A stretch of DNA of 64,000 nt, from positions 27,222,848 through 27,286,847 of the forward strand of contig CM120643.1 in NCBI GenBank assembly GCA_051362555.1. The letters are read 5' to 3'. Within the stretch, counting starts at the first letter, position 1; each line of letters starts with the position of its first letter. Below, in pieces: positions 54,638-64,000 of this stretch. The DNA comes from Lingula anatina. Lineage: Eukaryota; Animalia; Brachiopoda. A program made the translations under genes and the position numbers. The notes beneath the pieces were generated by a model, which saw only the letters and a list, made by a program, of their open reading frames with translations, was not told the DNA's origin and did not search any database.

Positions 54638-55563
54638 GATTTTTTTAGATATAATATTAAAATATACATCCGGTCTAGATCCCAACAATTCAGGTAGCAC
54701 GCCTTGAATGTCATGTAAATGGTTAAAAATTTGAACTTTTCTCTGTAAAAAATGCAAAGATAGAATTTTAAAAAAGGCAATATAAAATAAAGACATACAC
54801 GTTAACTTATTCCATCGCGTTTCTTTTCCCTAATTAGCATACACTGAAAATCACATGGCATCAATTTTAAAACAGTTGCGCTTTTATGCAACCCAAAATT
54901 ATTGCATAACTGTGCTTATGTAAGCTGAAATTGAGCGGCGGCCATTTTGACTTATGTAAAGTGCAATTTTGGAGGCCCAAAATTCTGGCATGCCATTGGT
55001 GATACGTAGAGCCGTCTTCTCACATTTACTCTTTCACCCCACCCCCACCCTCACCCCCACCCCACCCCCACCCTCACCCCCACCCTCTCCCCGGTCTCCA
55101 AATTTAAAACTGATAAACGCACGCGGATATGTCCCACTACTGGTACATGTGTTTGTGTTAGCGCGAGCAATAAACAGGCTATGCATGCCAAACACTGAGC
55201 AACCCGACCCCCCTCACCAAGAACCCTCCCCCCCCCCCCTTCTCCCGGTTTAACGTTTTGAAGAAAATCACAGTACCTATACAGGTAAGTGCCTTCAGCA
55301 TTCACTTTTAACTAGTCCTATTTTCATTGAAAAACCTGTTTAAGAGAATGTGATGAAGCGCCTGCAAAAAACGAAAGCTGAATTCTTTAAGAGCAGATAA
55401 CATATTTAAACGAATGCATTCTACGTACCTTTAACTGTTTTAGCGTCAGGTTGATTCTTTTGGTCAAGTTGTTGATGGCGTCAGAGATAATCAATACCTT
55501 CAGACCCTCCAAAATAGCGGGACTCTGTACTAGCTGGCGCGGCTTCGGTAATATCGCAGACAT
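48883..55563 (-). CDS. hypX: HypX/HoxX-like protein (N10-formyl-THF formyltransferase + enoyl-CoA hydratase/crotonase fusion), 612 aa
   Basis: Exons 55563-55429, 53284-52541, 51790-51520, 50610-50417, 49867-49689 and 49198-48883 total 1839 nt, open, all GT-AG. Motifs PDVIVCPFL, HPGIVGDRGPSSIDWAI, MDGGDIW, SDTQPGA, KLPAT, HFDFYNGAM, FFSTGIHL, GNAGAGG, YRSMGLCGSEYWTHFLPRRVG, R..FVYK. Confidence 0.93.
51028..51102. repeat. 15-bp minisatellite x5 (NGTACACCTTGG(C/G)AC)
   Basis: Read directly; intron 3 of the hypX-like gene. Confidence 0.92.
51193..51339. mobile_element. 147-bp Harbinger-type MITE with CTG TSD
   Basis: Perfect 24-bp TIR GGCCCCGTAACTCGAAAGCATCGC; CTG at 51190-51192 and 51340-51342. 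Confidence 0.88.
53328..53756. mobile_element. Possible hAT-like non-autonomous element in hypX intron 1
   Basis: Ends CAGAGATGTCAA / TTGACATGTATG; subterminal CGGGAGA repeats; TSD only partly matching (CTCT). Confidence 0.4.
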
Positions 55564-55756
55564 GCTTCTGTAGAACTTCACACACTAGCTGTTGAAAGTG
55601 CTACAACTGTATATAACAGCTATACCCATACGTGTAGAAAATGCTTCGTATTAAACGTCTATGGCTTGGCCAAAGTCACGTATTAATGCAAGTTCCGTCC
55701 TGTCATTCCCAATGGACAACACCGCTGTGCAGAGCTACTGGTACATTGTAAATTTT

Positions 55757-55974
55757 CCTCTTTATATACATATACCTGTTTCATAAGAGACAACCAGGAA
55801 ATGACTAGCGACACCTGTGGTCGGCTGAGATTACATACAGTGTACGGTGCCCATCACGTGTTAAAGCACGCCACTTTCTCTCTTTGCAATGTTAATGATC
55901 CTCCTTGTCCTCCTTATATACATATACCTGTTTCGTAAGAGACAACCAGGAAATGACTAGCGACCCCTGTGGTC
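55757..55974. promoter_or_regulatory. Duplicated 66-bp block upstream of the hypX-like gene
   Basis: 55757-55822 is nearly identical to 55909-55974; contains CAGGAAAT, TGACTA and TGTGGTC. The duplication is certain; a regulatory role is inferred. Confidence 0.45.
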
Positions 55975-57133
55975 AGGTAAGAGTTCTTACAATGTGCAGT
56001 CTGTTTTGGACGCTCGTCGAAGCTTAATTATGGACGCAACCGCATTATCTCTTTTATTGTTTAGTAGTAAGAACTATGCCTGGGGTAACGTGTCCCACGG
56101 CTACAATAACAACAAGCGAGATCCAACACTTGGGACTTAAAAAACGCAAGAATATTTTGGTTAACTTGTATCTGTTAGTTTTTTACTTTTATATTACTTT
56201 TTAGTTTATCTATGTAGTATTAGTTTTTATATTCATTTGAACACGCTGAGACGCATGTGAAGTGCTAATTTAAGAAATACATTATTAGTACTGTTATTAA
56301 TATTAATAAGTTCCCAACGGAGCCGTTAGAATGAAAAATATAAGTAGACAACATCGGTAGAGCCGAAAGTTAAGCAGGTTTGGGCTAAGAACAGGACACC
56401 TCGTTTTCGCCCATTTCTAAGGTGGAAAGAAATCCTATAATATTACAAGACCAACATTATTTCAATGAAAACCAGAAAATGTTATTTAACCAGAGTGACT
56501 TTGGAAAGACAACGGTTGCACATCAGTGAAAATGAAATGTCTAAAAATGCAAAAAGAGACGCCGTATAGGTCACAATGGCCATTCCTACTGTACGCCGCA
56601 TTCAGACTATATAACGAAAGGCTTAAGTCTGTGAAAAAAATGGGATTATTTATGAAATGTAGGACAGTTCACAAAGAATTCAAAACGAAATTTCAGAGAA
56701 ATTAAAGAATGTAAAGTAATATCGGGCCAATTTGCAACAGGTAAAAAAGAATGCAGGGGGAAAAGATATGCGGAAAGAACATTATAAAGATCAGAAGAAA
56801 GAGGTTGAAAAAGATAAAAAGAAAACACTATTATCAAGAAGTTATGGAAAAAGAAACCAAAATCTATAAAGCTTTACACAGTTTTTGCTACTTACAAAGA
56901 TTTTAATGAAGAACTTTCATGACTTCTTGTATTCAGGTACTAGTATTTGTACTTTTGGGATTCAAATCACCAAGACAGCGACACACGAAGAGGAAAATAC
57001 ACCCGGCTCAGAATTCATGATCAACGTTTTATCGGTTAAATAAAAAATATAATTTATATCTGAACTAAAAGGCAAGTGAACTGGACACGATATGGGTCAT
57101 TTGGTGTTATCTAGTTAATACACAAAAACCTTA

Positions 57134-57348
57134 GGCTGTATTCCCAGAGCTTTTAGATCGATCTATCCCCGCGGGGAGTCTCACTAGATTACTGTCAGAT
57201 GATCCGGCTTAAATGTCCGTCCCGCCTACTACAAGCTGTAAGGGGGTAATTAGCTTTCGTGTCCGCCCGGCTGACAGCTATTTAGCGTGAACCCCCAGGG
57301 AGTTAGGTCGATCTAAAGTAGATCGATCTAATCTCTGGAAATGGGGTC
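57134..57348. mobile_element. PIF/Harbinger MITE copy 2
   Basis: TTA flanks at 57131-57133 and 57349-57351; same family as 38154-38368. Confidence 0.8.
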
Positions 57349-58240
57349 TTATTGTCTGATTAAGGGGACAATGTACCCAAATATGGCTAAAAATCGTCAT
57401 TTTGGGTTTATTATGTCTAATTATTGATTAAATGTGTATCTAACATTTAACAGAATAAGATTTTTACATTCTGAACAAGAAATATGTTTTTTCTGAGGAT
57501 TTTGAAGCTGCACACATCGGCACCGGTGGCCTGGTCTGTGCCCCGCCTTCGTTATCAAGGGCAGTTGGTATGGGAAAACTCGGTGGGCGGACCTTAGCAG
57601 CATCAGCACGACTAGAGAAACAATAGAACAGGGATGCGCCATACCCCCTTTGTCATAAACAGCGATCGGCAAAGCATTGCCGATTGTTGCGCTTAAGCTG
57701 TTTTGATAGTCGGTCTTGATTGTGATCAGCGCTAAGGAGAATCTTTTCCGACACATTGGATTTGCTTGAAATACGCGTTCTCCCTTGAACTACTTGTTGT
57801 TACACGCGCTCTGTCGATTTACGCAAAAAAAAAACATTTCGTTGCTTGCTACCTGTGACAGCAACCGTCATACTATCGATCCATCTTCGACAACAGCACT
57901 ATGCAGCGGCAGATTTTATAAATCTATTGCAACTTGGGCAATTTGGCCTGGCATCGAGGCGCATGTTAAAATAATTTAAACATGACAACTAGTAATTACT
58001 AGCCTCTAGCCCTCTCTTAATTATTCCTGCTTACCAATGATCATTGGAAAATTTTTACAATGATAATATCTAACCTTTCCAACTGAAACGCAGTTAACGC
58101 AAGTGTCAAGATGACATCAAGCTCTAGTCTTGCTAGCATACCATACTAATTTCGGCTTATCTGCAATTATCAGGTAAGGCATCATTAAAAGTTAACGATC
58201 TGATAATATCTCCCAGTTCCATCTCACGTCCAGTCCACTC

Positions 58241-58379
58241 TACCCTTAAGCTTGGTTCCAGATTCCGGTATTGCCAGCTCGATCTTGATTTCATATATAA
58301 CCCATATCAGCAATACAGCGACTCCATCACAAGGTATATTTAACAATCTAGCTTTTACGCTGCTCTGACACTCAGGGTA
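58241..58379. mobile_element. 139-bp internally deleted derivative of the TACCCT...AGGGTA element (copy 3)
   Basis: Both termini are retained; TSD GTCCACTC/GTCCATTC at 58233-58240 and 58380-58387. Confidence 0.88.
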
Positions 58380-58757
58380 GTCCATTCTTGAAAGTGTGCT
58401 ATATAAATAGCAGCACGTGCAATTGTAACTCATAAGTCTATAACGTCGGTAGGCATACATCGTTGTCGAGATGGGTAAAAGAAAGAGAAAATCAAGAACT
58501 ACATTTCCTGAAGAACGTAAGAGAATATTAAGAGAAAGTCAAAGAGGTGGATGGGGAAGGCCAAAGTATGCGGAGGACGAGCATGAGACCAAAAGGTGCA
58601 AGTGCTAGGAAACTGAAAGCAGACATCGTGTTCGTGAGCGACGACGAAGAAATTGTTACACTTGAGCAGGAGGGATAGCGCATTTGGCACTGCAACCAGT
58701 TGCAAAAAAGCGCCAGTGCCACCTGTGCTTGCCGCACTTGTGGGGGTGAGGTAAGAC

Positions 58758-61700
58758 CTAAGATCTAATAAACGGAAAGATTGGACAGCGGCATTTTCCT
58801 TTTGACCAGACGTTCGTACGGGTAAACATTGCTCTATTGTTCCCCTTAAGTTGTTTTGATAGCCGGGCTTAATTTTAATCCCCATTGTACCTAACCCGTG
58901 TTTAGCGAATAGCGTGATTTCTCGTGCATTCTCGAGGACGCCACATCGTCGTCAAGTAGATCCGCCATATTGGATTAGCACTGGCACACGTGGAGTTTTT
59001 TTATTAAAAAGTGCTAAAGATGTACAGTTTGTTTACATTTCGTAGTTGTCTTAATACTTTATATTCAGAAGAGGCAATACCCAATAGCGTACTTCCTGTA
59101 ACAACAGCTGCCATTTTATAGAAATTGACTCAATGTGGAGATAAAGCCGGAAACGTGACGAGATCATCAACGTAACTGATAGTGATATTCGATGCTGTTT
59201 TGGACAATAAGGCCATGCTAACCTACTGGGAGAAACTGAATGGTGAAGCTACACCAAAACAGAAACTTGATCTATTATGCATGTTTTTAAAACTTTATCA
59301 CTATCAGCGGTCATTCTTTTAGAGCATAATTAATTGAAATTTACCAGAATATTCGTAGCAAATCAGTGAAACAAAAAGGACTGAAAGAATCCATTAAGAA
59401 AAAGTAGTTTTTAATTTCACTTTCACAAACACTTATTTGGGTACCTACTTCATAATAATAGTGAAAGGTAAGACATATCTTTATATTGACAATCAAATAA
59501 AAGTAAACCCGTTTTTTCATATTTATAAAGAACACATGCAATATAATTTTCATTGCGACTTCAAAATCATGCACATATTTTTAAACTCTGCAAAATCAGT
59601 TTTGAAACATCAGTCTTTTGAACATCTTCCACAGAATGTATTGGAAGAATAATATGTGTAACAATTTTGTTTGCCATCTCACTAAAAAATGACTAAATAA
59701 AAGATGATTGCTAAAAATTATCAATATTTCATCAGATTCGGCATTTAAAACTGATCATTCATTTCTGGCTGTTAAAGTAACATAATACAAGTCATATTCT
59801 GTTCATAAGCATTTTATTATAGATTTAATAAGGCACAGAAATTGAAATGCAAATAAAAATGTTAACACCTTTAGATACCACTGACTGTGACACAATCACA
59901 ACAGATAGGTAATTTATTTAGGAGTACTACAGTAGTTTCACATGACAAAGAATTATAACATTTTCCCCTCTATTTTGACTTGTTTCAACATTAATATCTC
60001 ATTCAATAAAAATTATGCACTTGATGATAATATTTATCTATTGCTAAGAGCACTACTGACCAATTCCAACCTAGACTTGACAGTACACTAAACTTCAGAG
60101 TTTACAGAAGGGAGACAATTTATAGTGATATATTTGTTTTTCATGAAGAACAACATATGACTAGTTTCAAGGTGGTCCATTTGCTGAAATATCAATGTGC
60201 CTGTCAGGTTCTTGAGTAGCACCAAGTTAACTTGACAGAGGTACGTCGTCATCAGAATCACTTCCATTGCAACATATATCTGAAAAAATATTATCACACA
60301 GTTAAAAAGATGCCGACATGTGTTAATTGCTCATGTTATGTTAAAGTCCACTGTGCGGACAACACTGACCTAGCTCTTTGTGCACTTGTAAAACTATCGA
60401 GCAAAAATTAAATATTTAATTTCGGGCAGCTTACCATTTTGCTTATTTAATACATCAGTGTGTCTTTCTGATTGTTTACAATCACTTAGCAAACTTGACA
60501 GTGGTGCAACTAAATCATCTGCAACACTTGTATTATTACATTAATCTGAGAAAATAAAATAATATTTTACTGTTAAAAAAGTTGACATGTCATGTGCTAG
60601 TCTCTCATTATTTGTCATTTGTGCAAGTCCACTGTGGTGAGAGCACCTACATGTAGCCTTTGTATTCTATACTGGAAATTATGTTGCTGGGGACAGAATA
60701 ATAGTGCCCATGTATATAAAACATTTTACTTTCAACTCCATAAACTTAAGTTCTAGTTATAGACCAGAAAGCTTACCGATTTTTGCTGCCAGATTTTTCT
60801 ATTTATTTTTTCTCCTGTGAGCCTTTACCCATTTTAATGGCATCTGAAAACAAAACAAAAATAATAATTATAAGGATGTGAGACACATTTTACCGCATTG
60901 TTTTACTTAGGTATAAATCACGGATAAAAATACCATCGTTTGTTGCCCATTGATAACGATAGTCGCCGCCATCTTGTTTTATTGTCATTTTACCAGTGAA
61001 TATTTCTAAGAAACTACGTTAATTTTATCTAAGTTTATCCCTAAGGCCTTCCACTACTTGTTTAGATGGACACAGTTTAACTGTCAACGCAAAGTACAGG
61101 TCCAATTTCGTGTTTGGCATTGCATTTTAAGCCCTTCGATAACGATAGTCCCCGCCATCTTGTTTTATCGTCATCTTTACCGATAAATATTTCTAAGAAA
61201 ACTAGCTAAATCTTAACTAAGTTTATCCCTAGGGCCGTCCACTACTTGTTTAGATGGACACAGTTTAACTGTCAACGCATTGTACAGATCCACTTTCGTG
61301 TTTGGCCTTGCATTTTAAGCCCTTCGATAACGATAGTCCCCGCCATCTTGTTTTATTGTCATCTTTACCGATAAATATTTCTAAGAAAACAAGCTAAATC
61401 TTAACTAAGTTTATCCCTAGGGCCGTCCACTACTTGTTTAGATGGACATAGTAAGACTGTCAACGCATTGTACAGATCCACTTTCGTGTTCGGCTTTGCA
61501 TTTGAACCCCGGCGATTATGATCTGCACCGCCATCTTGCTTTATTGCCCGAATTATTGTTTAAATTTTCATAGAAAACGAAGCTGTTTTAAATTAAATTA
61601 TCAACCAATAAAACCAACGTGTTATTCAGTCATCAATAATATAAAATTCAACGTATAAAAAATCAAATTACCCGTGTTAGACCTTAGGTAACAAGGCATT

Positions 61701-62032
61701 CAGACTCGCTTGTTCGTCGCCATATTGCTAATTAGAATGCAACAACGGATTGAAGGCAATTTTTCACGATGACATTTGCTCCAAAATATTGCAAATTTTA
61801 CACAAGTGTGAACCTTGTTAGTTTTCCCTTCTGCACATACATTTTCAGAGAAACTACAAGACTAAAAGCGGTATTTTACCTACCTTGAAATCGCCCACAT
61901 GCAACAGAGCTCGACCTCCGCACGAACACAACGCGACTGACTACTTCCGCCGTACGAACGTCTTTCCACAGTTAATCGGATTACCCTTTGAAGAATTGCC
62001 GAGTGTCCAATCTTTGGTATACTAGATCTTAG
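58758..62032. mobile_element. 3.3-kb TIR element with 7-bp TSD inserted in the Kolobok-type transposase
   Basis: ~40-bp TIR CTAAGATCTA..AAAGATTGGACA..CGGCA; GTAAGAC at 58751-58757 and 62033-62039. Its removal restores CRTCGGEVRLTEN in frame. Confidence 0.85.
60952..61545. repeat. ~187-bp tandem repeat, 3 full units plus a partial fourth
   Basis: Units start at 60952, 61138, 61326 and 61514 (GATAACGATAGTC.CCGCCATCTTG..). Confidence 0.92.
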
Positions 62033-62635
62033 GTAAGACTGACAGAGAATTCAACGAGGCGTCAGGGGTGGTCAAGTGAAATGAAATGGGAATGTGTGTT
62101 TTGCGGCGGTGTGTCCGAGGAAGGGTGGACATCGACTTCTTGAAGAAGTGGACATTTTTTTTTAAATAAATAGGGCTAGCGTGCGATTGGAAAAGGTCGT
62201 CATGCAGCTACAAGACTGAGTGCATTTTAACCATGCCTCCCCCTCTTCATAGCCATCCCTGGCTGGACCATATCAAACAGTTAGAAGACAGCACGACAGA
62301 CTGCCCAGAAGAGCATGGATAAGGCGGCGCTACGAGTAAAGCAGCTTCTGCACGGCGAGGACGTCGATCCGGGGGAGGTTGTGGACTGCGCTATCACGAT
62401 AGACGGCTCATGGCAAAGCCGCCGCAATTCTAAACACGGGTTCGTTGCGGCGATATCAGTAGATACGGGGGAAGTTTTGGACGTCCACTACATGAGTTCA
62501 GCATGTAGAACGAAACGCCGCATACAACAGCCGAAGAAGTAGATTTCGATCTTTCCCATTTTGAGGAATGCACTAAGAACCACCAGGGCTCGGCGCAGTC
62601 GATGGAAGCAGAAGGTGCATCGGTGCTCTACAGCA

Positions 62636-62637
<2 letters not shown>

Positions 62638-62686
<49 letters not shown>
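62638..62686. repeat. (TAA)n microsatellite at the start of a transposase intron
   Basis: Read directly; similar trinucleotide runs at 36787-36825 and 54584-54631. Confidence 0.9.
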
Positions 62687-62687
<1 letters not shown>

Positions 62688-64000
62688 TCCATTTAGAGTC
62701 ATACCGTCTATACAAATAGGTTCATTAGTCATTTAAAATACAAGGATAAAAGCGACCATCTAAGTGTCAATGTAAAAATATTATAAGTACAGTCGTAATA
62801 TCAATCGTTAATAAAATGTTCTGTAAAGTTTAATTTTTATATTCAGTCATAACATTTTTGTAGGTCTATGGAGCTGTATAGTCTACGTTATGTACAACCC
62901 GTCTGTGGGCGACGGAGACAGCTCTGCATTCCGGCGTGTCCAGCAGGAACAATCCTACGGTTCAGAATTTGAGCTGGTCAAGGAGGAGTGTATTGGACAA
63001 GTGCAGAAACGGATGGGAAGCAGACTCAGGCGGCTCGTAGAGAGAAATAAAGGTATTTTATATTGAAAAACAGGTTCTGCTGTCAAATGTTTATGTTCTT
63101 TATCTGTCACAGTAGCACTGCAATTTAGTACTACACAAAGGCTTTTCTGTAGTACCACTGTATGCACTGTATATACAGAGAAAAAATAAATTTGTTTTGG
63201 GGGGAGAGTGCCAAATAATTTTAATTCACAATTCGCATGACAAATTACGATATTTTTATACTTTGCTAATCTACCGTGGTTAAACTTTTACAGTTTGGTT
63301 TGTCTAATAGCTTCCTCCCTCACTTGAATGATTTCTTTTCAAAATGTTGTAATTATTACTTTCAGGGGTAAAATTGAGTGACGGGAAGGGTCTGGAGGGT
63401 GCAGGGCGTTTAACGCAACAACGCATTGATGCCATGCAAACCTTTTATGGACTGGCCATTAGAAGAAATCAAGGGAATTTGGAGGGCATGGTGAAGGAAA
63501 CTAAGACCATTTCCAGGCACTACACTGATCCACCTGACCATAGTTTCTGTCCAGATGGTAAGACTCCACAGATTTGACTTATTCGATGCGTACATCTCAA
63601 ATCCAAACTTCTTTCAATATTTAAATACCACAGTCCCAATAAATCAACAAATAATGATCTAAACAAAAGAATAAAACTAAGGATGAAAGGGAGCTGCTAT
63701 GGTATTTTTGCACTCCTGGTTAGTTTAATTTAACTTTTTTTAAAATTAAGAAAACATTTGTACCAGTTACATTTAGCAATTGACATAACAAATCTAGATC
63801 ATTAATATGAACACTCGTCAAATGATAAAATTACTCATCACTTACACAAGATAAAAAATAAAAATTTGCCTATATTTACTTGACTTTTAAGTAACTTTTC
63901 GGTTCAATCATTACAGGTGCAGACAGCTGGTGCAAGTATAAAGTGGACCGAGCGTGTGGAACAGACACGTATAAAGAGATAGAAAAACCTTTTCCTCCAG

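Larger units (their letters stand above)
57364..64000 (+). mobile_element. Decayed Kolobok-type ('Mutator-like' PF20700-type) DNA transposon with intron-containing transposase pseudogene; runs off the window
   Basis: Candidate left end TTAA|GGGGACAATG. Coding remnants from ~58470 (ASARKL..G*RIW..CRTCG) resume at 62040 (ENSTRRQGW..CVFC), then IDGSWQSR..SKHGFV..TGEVLDV..SSAC, GSAQSMEAEG, VGDGDSSAF, KEECIGQVQKRMGSRLR, GRLT..FYGLAIRRN, HSFCPDG|ADSWCKY. Several stops and frameshifts. Confidence 0.82.

Noticed and set aside
48883-55563. Bacterial contamination or a hydrogenase operon
   Set aside because: Spliceosomal introns, host repeats and metazoan neighbours; no other hyp/hox genes in the window.
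55585-55629. Upstream in-frame ATG extending hypX
   Set aside because: Closed by TAG at codon 15 and not homologous to HypX; ATG 55563 is preferred.
58836-58849. ATTGTTCCCC|TTAA as the right TIR of the element starting at 57364
   Set aside because: It lies inside the nested 58758-62032 insertion and the transposase continues beyond it; probably coincidental.

Overview
This is AT-rich, intron-containing animal genomic DNA, most consistent with a marine lophotrochozoan such as a mollusc (inferred from gene families, not certain). In order, the window holds: a divergent nAChR-like Cys-loop subunit (+, 5' end outside the window); three tandem secreted C1q-domain genes (-), two of them broken by insertions; a second divergent nAChR-like subunit (-); two recent 8-exon duplicates of an IPNS-like 2OG-Fe(II) dioxygenase (+), flanking a frameshifted SMB-domain class B-like 7TM receptor (-); an intact 6-exon homologue of bacterial HypX/HoxX, a CO-generating formyltransferase-crotonase fusion (-); and a decayed Kolobok/Mutator-like transposon carrying nested insertions. 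Many DNA-transposon derivatives have readable TIRs and TSDs. The strongest lead is the spliced HypX homologue with its catalytic motifs retained, a candidate heme-oxygenase-independent CO source in an animal. The second lead is the pair of Cys-loop subunits that lack the ACh aromatic box and carry Thr at the 9' gate. All gene models were built by eye from GT-AG boundaries and motif recognition; no searches were run.
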